Part shown: positions 18,510-27,455 of the stretch, in pieces
How the letters are laid out: each line of letters opens with the position of its first letter
Position numbering within the stretch: position 1 is the first letter of the stretch
Position numbers and translations under genes: made by a program
NCBI GenBank assembly: GCA_021734725.1
Contig: JAIPIM010000002.1
Span: 1 to 33,583 of the forward strand
DNA: 33,583 bases
Source: Minisyncoccota bacterium
GTDB lineage: Bacteria; Verrucomicrobiota; Lentisphaeria; Oligosphaerales; MVZH01
Direction: 5' to 3'
The notes under the pieces: model-generated
Database searches by the model: none
The model's input: only the letters and a program-made list of their open reading frames with translations
Told to the model about the DNA's origin: nothing

Positions 18510-18648
18510 CGGCGGATGTCAAGGGTGAACCGCTTTGGCCACAACGCTCTTTGAGCCTTCGAGTCTTTGAGGTGAAAAATGCAGGGCTGGCTATACATGC
18601 GGTTTCCCGGTGGGAACCAATTGTCGAACAAGTCAAATAAGGTGTTTT

Positions 18649-19521
18649 ATGAAGACGTATTTCGAGTGTATTCCCTGTTTGGTAAGGCAGGCAGTGGACA
18701 GTGTGCGAGACGCGGGTCTTGACGATGAGGAACAAGCCGACGTGCTGCGGACGGTTCTCCGCGAGATGGGTGAGATGGACCTTCTGGCGTCCCCACCCGC
18801 CATGTCCCAGCGTATTCACGAACTCGTGCGCGCGCAATCCGGGATTCCGGATCTTTACGCCAGCCAGAAGAAAGCGTCCAACGAACTGGCTTTGCGTTTG
18901 TTCCCGGAACTGCGTGAGGAAGTGGCCGGCGCCAACGATCCGCTTGAGCTTGCCTTGCGGCTGGTGATCGCGGGTAACATCATTGATTTGGGTGTGAAGT
19001 CGGGCCTGTGTGACGGAGACGTACACGAATCCATTGAGCATGCCATTGCAGCACCGTTTGACGGAGACGTCAAGGCTTTTGCCGACGCGGTTAATGCGGC
19101 CGACACCATTCTGTATCTGGCCGATAACGCCGGTGAAATTGTGTTCGACCGATTGCTCATCGAGCGCTTGCCGCGGGAGCGAGTGACCCTGGCGGTCAAG
19201 GGCGGTCCCATCATCAACGACGCGACGCGTGCCGACGCTGAAGTAGCCGGTCTCTGTGATATGGTTTCCGTTATCGACAACGGCTTTGACGCGCCCGGTA
19301 CGATTCTCGAGAAATGCAGCCCGGAATTCAGGGAACGTTTCTGGAACGCCGATCTTATCATTGCAAAAGGGCAAGGGAACTTCGAGACACTGAGCGACGT
19401 GGACGCGCCGGTCGTATTTCTGTTGAAAGCCAAATGTCCGGTAATAGCCCGGCACCTTGACTGTGAGATCGGCTCGCTGGTCATGCGCATGCATGGAGCA
19501 AGTGTTCCAGTCGCCAGGTAA
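18649..19521 (+). CDS. DUF89 / ARMT1-like damage-control phosphatase family protein
   Basis: I start it at ATG 18649 (AAGGTG upstream). MKTYFECIPCLVRQ, AGNIIDLG, LYLADNAGEIVFD, IIAKGQGNFETLS and VFLLKAKCPVIA blocks match my memory of DUF89 proteins. The 360-aa antisense ORF is rejected. Confidence 0.75.
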   Translation: MKTYFECIPCLVRQAVDSVRDAGLDDEEQADVLRTVLREMGEMDLLASPPAMSQRIHELVRAQSGIPDLYASQKKASNELALRLFPELREEVAGANDPLELALRLVIAGNIIDLGVKSGLCDGDVHESIEHAIAAPFDGDVKAFADAVNAADTILYLADNAGEIVFDRLLIERLPRERVTLAVKGGPIINDATRADAEVAGLCDMVSVIDNGFDAPGTILEKCSPEFRERFWNADLIIAKGQGNFETLSDVDAPVVFLLKAKCPVIARHLDCEIGSLVMRMHGASVPVAR

Positions 19522-19867
19522 ACCTCCTCAATCTAGTGACCGGCGCACGCCGACTGTGGGCCTGAATGGCGCTTTCGCAAAAATAGGTTTACGGGGTGCC
19601 ACTGGCAAGACAGTAGGGTGGGTCCCCAGGCCTGCCTCCGGTGCACAAGTAAAGCGGGTCTCCCGGTCCGCCCGTGCGCCTGTGCGGCCCAGAGGACCGC
19701 GTTACTAGACCGGCGCGCCGCGCGGCAACCTGAAGGTTGTACTCCAACAACTCCACGCCAGACCCCTTAATCCCGAACGTTTTGCTGGAACCGGCCGACC
19801 TTGGGCCGGGTCAATCATTAATGGTTAGTAATTGGCTACAGTATTAACAGGCAAAGAAGGTTGACTC

Positions 19868-20806
19868 ATGAAATACTGGTACGCAGCAAATGCGGTGGTT
19901 GTGTTAACGTTACTGACTGCATGCAATAAACCCACGGAGGCTGAAGCTATGTCACGGTACCACAAACTCAGCGAAAGCGAACAAGATGTCATCATCCATG
20001 GAGGGACGGAGCGACCGTTCACCGGTGAGTACAACGAATTTGACGAGAAAGGGGTGTATCTGTGCAAGCAATGCGGTGCCCCACTTTTCCTGTCGGAGCA
20101 CAAATTCAAATCGGGGTGCGGCTGGCCGAGCTTTGACGACGAGATCGAAGGCGCGATAAAACGGCTGCCTGACGCGGATGGTCGACGCACCGAGATTCGT
20201 TGCGCGCGCTGCGACGGTCACTTGGGCCACGTCTTCGAGGGTGAACGGCTCACCGAGAAAAACCTGAGGCATTGCGTTAATTCAATCTCGATGAAATGTA
20301 TGCCTGTCAGGAAGGGTGGGCTTGAACGAGGCATATTCGCGGGTGGATGTTTCTGGGGCGTTGAACATCATCTGGCCAAACCCCCGGGGGTTAAAAACGT
20401 GATTGCCGGTTACACCGGCGGGCATGTCGTCAATCCGACGTATCGGCAGGTATGCGGGAAAAATACCGGGCATGCCGAAGCTGTCATGGTTTGGTTCGAT
20501 CCGAAAACGATCGGTTATGAGGACGTGGCCAGGCGCTTTTTCGAGATCCATGATCCCACCCAGAAGAATCGTCAGGGACCGGATATCGGCGCTCAGTATA
20601 GGTCCGCCGTCTTTTATCTGACCGTAGACCAGAAACGCGTCATCGAAAAACTCGTTTCGCAACTCGAGGAAAACGGGTACGAGGTGGTAACGCAAGTTTC
20701 TCCCGCGCACGAATTTTATGCTGCTGAGGACTACCATCAGGATTACTACCGGAACAAAGGCGCCGATCCAGTCTGCCACGCGTACGAACCGCGGTTTGAA
20801 AGGTGA
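19868..20806 (+). CDS. msrAB: Bifunctional methionine sulfoxide reductase, MsrB-MsrA domain order, with a lipoprotein signal peptide
   Basis: 312 aa with lipobox LLTAC near the N-terminus. The MsrB part has CKQCGAPLF, CARCDGHLGHVF (zinc CxxC pairs) and RHCVNS (catalytic Cys). The MsrA part has GIFAGGCFWGVE and GYTGG..NPTY..VC...TGHAE. Confidence 0.88.
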   Translation: MKYWYAANAVVVLTLLTACNKPTEAEAMSRYHKLSESEQDVIIHGGTERPFTGEYNEFDEKGVYLCKQCGAPLFLSEHKFKSGCGWPSFDDEIEGAIKRLPDADGRRTEIRCARCDGHLGHVFEGERLTEKNLRHCVNSISMKCMPVRKGGLERGIFAGGCFWGVEHHLAKPPGVKNVIAGYTGGHVVNPTYRQVCGKNTGHAEAVMVWFDPKTIGYEDVARRFFEIHDPTQKNRQGPDIGAQYRSAVFYLTVDQKRVIEKLVSQLEENGYEVVTQVSPAHEFYAAEDYHQDYYRNKGADPVCHAYEPRFER

Positions 20807-21091
20807 GCGTGTCAGGCATTGTTATGTTGAAGCAATCGAAAAATCACGGGGTGAAATCCTACACAACCCAGCCGCCGTCCAGCCGTGATTTCGCCAATTT
20901 CCCGGATTCAGGCCTGAGTTATCATACCTCTGGATAACCGGGAAAGCATTTTTTTTGACGACGCCGGTTGATTTTCAAAACAAAGCGCGTTACTGTATCT
21001 CAGTTATTGGGCGAGGGTGGAGAAGGTAGAACGGGGTGGCCGTGCGGATGATGGGTAGAAAATTGGGAAATGTCGTTTTCCGCAATTCCTG

Positions 21092-21158
21092 TTCTTAGTT
21101 CCTGGTTCGTCGTTTTTGAACCAGGAACTAAGAAGCACGAACCACTCGCGCGAAGGCT
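21092..21158. repeat. Left copy of a ~57-nt inverted repeat, with an internal perfect 17-bp hairpin
   Basis: The hairpin arms are 21092-21108 (TTCTTAGTTCCTGGTTC) and 21118-21134, with loop GTCGTTTTT. The reverse complement of 21102-21158 aligns gap-free to 23789-23845 (51/57 by hand count). The copy ends 42 nt before ATG 21201. Confidence 0.8.
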
Positions 21159-21200
21159 GTTTCTCAAGAGTCTAGGTCAAGCAACAAAGGAGGTCGAGAC

Positions 21201-22727
21201 ATGAACACGAATGAAATCAGGAGATCAATGGCAGCCGTGATCTTGGGCATGGGGCTCGTCCTTGCCCTGACAGGGCTTGGAAATGTGGATTACACGTGGG
21301 TTGGAGGCGACGGGAACTGGAGTGACATTTATGCCGAGACCGGCACGCAGGGCTGGGATTCCTCGCCCTATCCTCAGGCGGACAACCGAACACAGTGGGA
21401 GTACAACGCCTCGGGGCTCACCGTGACCATCGATGTGGACGACGCGAAAATATCCGTTATGCAGGCCATGCTACACAGCGGTTCCCTGGAGATCAAGACC
21501 ACTGATTCCGCAGTCAACAAACTCTCCATCGTGGGGGAGGGGACGTCGGGACGACAAGACTTCGGCAGTTGGACCAACGCCACGCTGACCTTTGACGTGC
21601 CCGTCGTGATTTCCGATCACGAGTATGCACGGCAAATCAGGAGCGGTAAATCCGGCGACACTCGGGTTATCTTCAAGCAGGAAATTTCTGGGGATGGATC
21701 ATTGAACCTGAATTGCTATAATTCGGGTTACTGTGGCGGAGTCGCCATGCAGGCCGCCAACACTTATACGGGCGATACGTTTTGGTATTCCGGGACCCTC
21801 AGTGCGCCATTGCGTCTCGAGCATACACACGCGTTGCAGAACAGTTCCCTCGATGTCGGCGGGTCGGACATCACCAGCACCAACCGCGTCCGGTTCATCG
21901 CTGAGGGAACGCATGTTCTGGGTGGGTTGACCGGTTCGCGCGACGTGCCCATGGATGGGAAAACGGTCCATATCGGCAACAACGACGCCAGCACCATCTA
22001 CAGCGGTACGCTGAGTGACGGCGCGTTGGGCAAGATCGGCAGTGGTACGCTTACTCTTAACGGGGCCAACACTTACACTGGCGATACCACTGTAATGGGC
22101 GGAACACTGATCTTGGGCGCGGACGGATCGCTGGCCAGCCCAACGATCAGCGTGGATGCGGGGGCGACGTTCGACGTATCGGCCAAGAGCGGTTTCAATC
22201 TTGGTAACGGTCAGACGCTAAGCGGGATGGGCACGGTAACCGGCGCGGTGAGTGTCGCCAATGGTGCCAGCCTCGCCCCCGGCGACAGCCCGGGAAGCAC
22301 GGTCTACACCTCGGATCAGACGTGGGGCGGCGGCGGTATTTACGAATGGGAAATCCAGAATTGGACGGGCGATACGCCTGCCGTCGATTGGGATTTGATT
22401 GAAATAAGCGACACGGAAAGCGATCCGGCGCTGGCAGTCGCGGCTACCGACGGGGATCCCTTCATCATTAAAGTCATGGAATATGATCTGACCAATTTCA
22501 GCGTCTCTCCGCTTGAGCAGACATTTGAAGTTTTGCGCGCGGACGGTGGAATCACTGGGGTTAATGCAAATTATTTCACGTTCGACACTTCGTCATGGAG
22601 TCAAGGCGGACGCTGGGGGATCACTCAGGATGGCAACAGCTTATACCTGACCTACATTCCCGAGCCGTCGACATTGGCCTTACTCGGCTTGGCGATGACG
22701 GCGCTGCTGAATCGTCGGCGGCGATAG
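21201..22727 (+). CDS. PEP-CTERM-anchored surface protein with autotransporter-associated beta-strand (PATR) repeats
   Basis: 508 aa with AAGGAGG RBS and signal peptide MAAVILGMGLVLALTGLG. PATR-like units are AANTYTGDTFWYSGTL and GSGTLTLNGANTYTGDTTVMGGTLILG. The C-terminal sorting signal is IPEPSTLALLGLAMTALLNRRRR. Confidence 0.85.
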   Translation: MNTNEIRRSMAAVILGMGLVLALTGLGNVDYTWVGGDGNWSDIYAETGTQGWDSSPYPQADNRTQWEYNASGLTVTIDVDDAKISVMQAMLHSGSLEIKTTDSAVNKLSIVGEGTSGRQDFGSWTNATLTFDVPVVISDHEYARQIRSGKSGDTRVIFKQEISGDGSLNLNCYNSGYCGGVAMQAANTYTGDTFWYSGTLSAPLRLEHTHALQNSSLDVGGSDITSTNRVRFIAEGTHVLGGLTGSRDVPMDGKTVHIGNNDASTIYSGTLSDGALGKIGSGTLTLNGANTYTGDTTVMGGTLILGADGSLASPTISVDAGATFDVSAKSGFNLGNGQTLSGMGTVTGAVSVANGASLAPGDSPGSTVYTSDQTWGGGGIYEWEIQNWTGDTPAVDWDLIEISDTESDPALAVAATDGDPFIIKVMEYDLTNFSVSPLEQTFEVLRADGGITGVNANYFTFDTSSWSQGGRWGITQDGNSLYLTYIPEPSTLALLGLAMTALLNRRRR

Positions 22728-22970
22728 GAAAGCGAGGCAGGTGCCGGAAGACCTCCGGAGCGCCAGCTTTGTAAGGCGGTACTCCAGGGCCGCACAGCCG
22801 GTGCCGACGGTGTTAAATGGGGTTCTGGGTTGGAAAGAATCGGCGCGGTCATCGTCCACCGCTGACATGTCACGGATTCAGGGGACTGTTATGAAACGAC
22901 AAAAGACAGGCGTATGGGTGCAACAACACACGCTTGCGGTCGTCTCTGCAACAAAAATGGCTTTCTCAAA

Positions 22971-23621
22971 ATGATTCTGTCAAAAAACCGGTTTACGCTG
23001 ATCGAATTGCTTGTGGTCATCGCCATCATCGGCGTTCTTGCTTCTCTTCTTCTTCCCGCGCTGAAGCGGGCCACGGATGCGGCTAGGAAGATAGCATGCT
23101 CCAGCAATCTTCGACAGGTCGCCACGGGAGTTCAACTTTATGCGGTGGACTACGACGGTTATCTCATGCCGTATAGCGGTCGATGGTCCTCCAGCCTATG
23201 GATTTGGCCCGCGAGAATGCTGCTGCTGGACTACATCGCCGAGTACCAAACTCTCCAGTGTCCGGCCGATACCGAGTACATCGGCAATATCAATCCTCGC
23301 TACGGATACAGCAATTACGGGATGAATACCTGGATGGGCGTGCACGAGGATCCCCATACAAGCCTGCTGAGAATAGATGTTATCTCTGACCCGGCAACTT
23401 CCGGACTGACCATCGATTGCACCAGCGAGTACAACCGATATTATCCGAAGGCCGACGGGAGCATCTCGTGGATTCACTATTGTCATTCCGGAGGTGCCAA
23501 TGTGTTGTTTGTAGATGGTCATGTGACGTGGTACTCTTCAGGTCACCCTTATTTCACCCCGGCGGATCCCGATCACTGCGGGATGTGGGCGCGTAGACTC
23601 AATCCGGGGGTGCATCCCTGA
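22971..23621 (+). CDS. Prepilin-type N-terminal methylation-domain protein of the H-X9-DG (DUF1559-like) class
   Basis: I start it at ATG 22971, giving [31 protein letters not shown], the canonical pseudopilin N-terminus. The C-terminal [13 protein letters not shown] has the H-X9-DG motif. There is no SD sequence. The ORF-track start 22914 would add an atypical 19-aa extension. Confidence 0.8.
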   Translation: MILSKNRFTLIELLVVIAIIGVLASLLLPALKRATDAARKIACSSNLRQVATGVQLYAVDYDGYLMPYSGRWSSSLWIWPARMLLLDYIAEYQTLQCPADTEYIGNINPRYGYSNYGMNTWMGVHEDPHTSLLRIDVISDPATSGLTIDCTSEYNRYYPKADGSISWIHYCHSGGANVLFVDGHVTWYSSGHPYFTPADPDHCGMWARRLNPGVHP

Positions 23622-23788
23622 CAATGGGGTTGCGTGCAGCATATGAAAGAGAATGTCAGGTCGGGAAAGAACTGTGCACTTCAAGCGGGTTTGCCTTGAA
23701 CGACGGTTGCATGTGCCGATAATATGAGAACGGTTGGCTCTCGTCGTGCTTATCCTCTGTTTTCGTGAGCGGTAGACTCTTGCGAAAT

Positions 23789-23845
23789 AGCCTTCGCGCG
23801 AGTCGTTCGTGGTTCTTCGTTCTTAGTTAAAAAACGACGAACCAG
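23789..23845. repeat. Right copy of the ~57-nt inverted repeat, with a degenerate internal hairpin
   Basis: AGCCTTCGCGCGAGTCGTTCGTGGTTCT TCGTTCTTAGTTAAAAAACGACGAACCAG. The internal 11-bp stem is 23811-23821 / 23832-23842 with one mismatch. The copy ends 45 nt before ATG 23891. Confidence 0.8.
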
Positions 23846-23890
23846 TTTCCCCAGTCACGCACTCACAATAAAAAAATAGAAATCAATTCC

Positions 23891-26800
23891 ATGAGAACAC
23901 ATTCTGCGTCTATAACCGTGTTGATTGCATTGCTGCTTGGGCCACTGGCGGGGCTATGGTGTCGTGCCGACTATCGGGAAATCCACACCTCGGAAGAGAT
24001 CCGAGCCTTGAAAGAGAATTCGGACCGCCTCCGGCAGGCGACGCAAGGACGCTTCGGTGTCGGACCCTGGGTAGAGCGTTCCGATGCCGACATCGAGGCA
24101 TTAGTGCGTTGGTCGCCGCCGAATGTGCCGGGTATCGTTGCCGGGGCGCCGCCAGAATTCGGCAAGCTGGATTTCGCTGAGCGTCAGCCGTTTCGCATGA
24201 CCGCGAAGAAAACGGGAACCGTATTCTTCGAACGCCCGGAGGACTACCCGCCTGACTACCTGTTTCCGGAGAACAAGCACCTCGTCGTCACGGGGTTGGA
24301 TGGGACGCAGTTCGAAGTCAGCTATTTCGAGCATGAGGGGGTGAAGTATTCGCCGGCCCTGGCGATCTGGCGGCAACGCCTGCACAAGTACGGGTTCCTA
24401 GTCAATTTCCTCCGCTCGTGCGCCGAAGCCTACGCAATCACCGGCGAGGAACGGTATGCACGGCCTGCCCTGCTGGTGCTGAATCGGCTCGGCGACCTGT
24501 TCCCGCGGCTGCCGTTGTATGACGGCGGCGCCCAAGTCAACGAGCCGTGCTGGGTCACGGAAGCTGACGGCAAGACGCCGCTGACCATGGCCACGTACCG
24601 TGCGGCCCCGCGCGCGCTCCGCCTGACCGGCGATTACCCGTCCTGGGTCCGGGTCAAGTGTTGCCCGGGCACGCAATTTGCCCAGTACCATTTCTACCTG
24701 GTCGACTACCTGGGCAGACTGCTCGGATCCTACTCGCTGCTGCGCAATTCACCGACCGTCGAAGCACTCGGCCGGGAGAAGTACGACGACGCGGCCGCCG
24801 TGCGCCGCAACATCGAGGACCGCATGTTCAGAGAGGTCCTCGACATCTGCCGCCTGTATCCGGCCGAGATCGGCAATCACTCCGGCTCCTGGCGTACCGG
24901 TGCGCTGCGTGCGGCAATGATGTTCGACGATCAGGCCTTGATCGACTTCTGCATCGACCACCTGCGCTTCGAGGTGCGCAACTGCCACTATTACGACGGT
25001 ATGTATCAGGACGGCTCGATCGCCTACAGCCACATGTCCCGTAGGAATATTGTGAATGACACCGAGTTCCTTTACCGCATGGGGATCGACCTGTATCGCC
25101 GCCTGCCGGTACTCGAATCCGTGATCGTCAACTGGATCTACGCGGTGCCGTCGAACTTTGTGGAGCCTGCGTTGGACGACTGCCCGGCGCACCCCCAGGG
25201 GCGGAATGTCTTTTCCCTTATGCGTTCCCGGCTTGGACTGGTGGCCAAGCGATTCGGCAACCCCGAGTACTCGCGCCAAATCGAGACGATGGACGCACTG
25301 AAGGACGGCGGCGAGCGCGGTCGCTTCTTCAAGTCCCGCAACTTTCCCGGCGTGGGCTGGGCCGTGTTGCGAGCGGGCAAAGGGGACGACTTGACCGAGA
25401 TATTCCTGGACTACAGTCATGCTCACGGGCACAACCAGTGCGACATCGGTAGCATCGACCTTTTCTTCCGCGGTCACGAAATCCTTTGCGACCCCGGTTA
25501 CGGCAAGGGGGGCCTCAAGGAGATGGAAGAGAAATACAATTTTCCGGCGCACTGGCTCGATCATGCTTGGTTGCGCAATTTTTACGGACGCACCGGTTCG
25601 CACAACGTCATTCAGATAAACAATCTCTCGCAGCAGCCCGGCGAGACGGCGCAGCCGTTCGGTAATCTGCTGTTGTACCAGGACAAGGCCGGCAACGATG
25701 ACGCGCCGATGCAGATGGTCGCGGCTGACCTGCGCAAGGCCTATCCGGAGTCCGCCTACGGGTTCGGGCTGAACCGGTTCGAACGCGCCCTGCTGTTGGT
25801 CGACATGCCCGACGGCGGTGCCTACGCCGTGGATCACGCCGCGGTCGATGGCGGCCGCGTCCACGATTGGATGGTCAAAACACGAGGCGAACTGGAATCC
25901 GTCAGCGACTCGCTCACATTTGGCGAACCGCACGGCACTCTGCTAGGGTACCTGAATCCGGAGTGTGGCGAATTCGGCGACATCTGGCCGCTCGAACCGC
26001 GGTTCGCCCTGATCACCGAGCCGGGCAAGCCGCTGACCGAGTCGTACATGCGGGAATGGTGCAACAAACTGCCGCAAGGGAATGGCTTCGGGTTCATTGA
26101 GGAGGCCCGCGTCGCCGAGGAGGCGCACGAACCGTTCGAGATGGTCTGGCGCGACGGCGAGCACTGGGCGCGCCTGCTCTCTCCGCGGCGAAAGGACACG
26201 GACGGCTTCGTGGCTGTGGGCAAGGCGCTGGGCTGGGTCAGTCTCGGAACGCCGTCGCGCAGGATGTTCTCGCAGATTGTCGTGCGTAACGAGCACGCCG
26301 CCGCACCGCTGCGCAGCAATTTCGTCTACGTCTACGAGAATCGGTACGGCGCAAGCGCACCGTCCTGGGGCATCCGCCGGGCGACCGACTTGCTTGCGAA
26401 CGGCGATGCAACCCGCGAGGAAAGTCTGGCCGCGGCCCTGCGAATCGATTTTACGGACGCCGCCCACGGCCCGGATATCCTGATCGACAACCCGGAGGCC
26501 GACTCGCTCAACGTCGCCGGCCCCGCCGGACCGGTGCGTTTCGACGGTCGCGCCCTGCTGTTGCGGCATGCGGCCGTCGGTGGACTCGACGCGCTGCACA
26601 TGGTCGGCCCCGGCCGGGTCGATGCGGGGGCGATGTCCGTCGCCCTGGATCGCGCGCACCCCGTGCGGCTGGTCGAGGCGGTCGGGGACGTGAGCGGCGA
26701 CGACCGGGCCAGGGCGCTACTGGTGGAAACCCAAGCCGCCTTGCCGCTCGGTGACACGCTCTCGGGAACGCACCTGACGATTCGCCATGCCGACGACACG

Positions 26801-27385
26801 ACCTTCGGCTATCAGATTGCCGCCGTCCGTCGCGCCATGACGCCGCATCGCTACTGGATCCAACTGGCTGGCACGCCGTCGCTGCCTCTGCGGCGGGACA
26901 AAGTGACCGCCGTCGACCGCGACCGCGTCCGAATTCATGCCACGGCCGCGGCGATCGGCAGCAACTACTTTCCCGGTAAATGGATGCGGCTTCAGGGCAA
27001 GGATGTTGCCCTGAAGATCACGCGTTGTCTCGCTGCACGCCCCGGGCACCGCGACGTCTACGAGATCGAGTTCAACGACGAGACGCGGCCGCTGTTCGAC
27101 CGCGTCGCCGTGGGCGACGAGTTTGCCGTCACCGGGTTGACGGAAGGTCAGGAAGTGGCGATTCCCGAGGTCTTCACGCTGATTCGGCACGGCGACCGGT
27201 ACCGCATCCGCACGACCACCGACGGGGAGCTCTGCTTTCGCCACGCAACCGTCACAATCCAAGACCCCGCGGGGGACGTCCTGACGGAGCTTGCGCCCGG
27301 CAGGACCTGGCGTTTCCGCGTCGCCGAGTTCCCGAACGGCGTTCTTCTGGTCATCGGTCCCGGCGCCGATGGCGCGGCACACTGA
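23891..27385 (+). CDS. Exported heparinase II/III-like polysaccharide lyase family protein with a ~450-aa uncharacterised C-terminal extension
   Basis: 1164 aa with signal peptide MRTHSASITVLIALLLGPLAGLWCRA. The N-terminal alpha/alpha-toroid-like block is CAEAYAITGEERYARPALLVLNRLGDLFP. The heparinase II/III signature is WAVLRAG...DYSHAHGHNQCDIGSIDLFFRGHEILCDPGYG. Confidence 0.75.
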   Translation: MRTHSASITVLIALLLGPLAGLWCRADYREIHTSEEIRALKENSDRLRQATQGRFGVGPWVERSDADIEALVRWSPPNVPGIVAGAPPEFGKLDFAERQPFRMTAKKTGTVFFERPEDYPPDYLFPENKHLVVTGLDGTQFEVSYFEHEGVKYSPALAIWRQRLHKYGFLVNFLRSCAEAYAITGEERYARPALLVLNRLGDLFPRLPLYDGGAQVNEPCWVTEADGKTPLTMATYRAAPRALRLTGDYPSWVRVKCCPGTQFAQYHFYLVDYLGRLLGSYSLLRNSPTVEALGREKYDDAAAVRRNIEDRMFREVLDICRLYPAEIGNHSGSWRTGALRAAMMFDDQALIDFCIDHLRFEVRNCHYYDGMYQDGSIAYSHMSRRNIVNDTEFLYRMGIDLYRRLPVLESVIVNWIYAVPSNFVEPALDDCPAHPQGRNVFSLMRSRLGLVAKRFGNPEYSRQIETMDALKDGGERGRFFKSRNFPGVGWAVLRAGKGDDLTEIFLDYSHAHGHNQCDIGSIDLFFRGHEILCDPGYGKGGLKEMEEKYNFPAHWLDHAWLRNFYGRTGSHNVIQINNLSQQPGETAQPFGNLLLYQDKAGNDDAPMQMVAADLRKAYPESAYGFGLNRFERALLLVDMPDGGAYAVDHAAVDGGRVHDWMVKTRGELESVSDSLTFGEPHGTLLGYLNPECGEFGDIWPLEPRFALITEPGKPLTESYMREWCNKLPQGNGFGFIEEARVAEEAHEPFEMVWRDGEHWARLLSPRRKDTDGFVAVGKALGWVSLGTPSRRMFSQIVVRNEHAAAPLRSNFVYVYENRYGASAPSWGIRRATDLLANGDATREESLAAALRIDFTDAAHGPDILIDNPEADSLNVAGPAGPVRFDGRALLLRHAAVGGLDALHMVGPGRVDAGAMSVALDRAHPVRLVEAVGDVSGDDRARALLVETQAALPLGDTLSGTHLTIRHADDTTFGYQIAAVRRAMTPHRYWIQLAGTPSLPLRRDKVTAVDRDRVRIHATAAAIGSNYFPGKWMRLQGKDVALKITRCLAARPGHRDVYEIEFNDETRPLFDRVAVGDEFAVTGLTEGQEVAIPEVFTLIRHGDRYRIRTTTDGELCFRHATVTIQDPAGDVLTELAPGRTWRFRVAEFPNGVLLVIGPGADGAAH

Positions 27386-27455
27386 TGTTCGCCGCCGACA
27401 CGGATCGGGATTCTGTGGCAGAGAGATTCAGCCGGGGAACGGAGGTGTGAGGATA

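Noticed and set aside
18412-19494. 360-aa minus-strand ORF opposite the DUF89 gene
   Set aside because: The + strand frame shows the DUF89 blocks (GNIIDLG, ADNAGEIVFD, AKGQGNFETLS) and has an RBS. The minus-strand product has no recognisable features.
19590-19640. Cobalamin-riboswitch-like fragments GCCACTGG (19598-19605) and CAGGCCTGCC (19627-19636) upstream of the msr gene
   Set aside because: The B12-box core (GGAGACC) is incomplete and the GGGAA / GGTG..AAA.TCC elements are absent. A long-range helix I first thought I saw (19613-19625 with 19694-19705) fell to 5 bp on re-indexing. The msr genes have no known B12 link.
20841-20891. 9-bp inverted repeat AAATCACGG / CCGTGATTT downstream of the msr gene, considered as a terminator
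   Set aside because: The loop is 33 nt and there is no clear U-tract directly after the stem. It is not convincing as an intrinsic terminator.
22891-22974. 27-codon upstream ORF ([27 protein letters not shown]) whose stop overlaps the pseudopilin ATG (ATGA)
   Set aside because: It is short, has only a weak RBS and no recognisable peptide features. The overlap may be coincidental. It would need ribosome profiling or conservation evidence.
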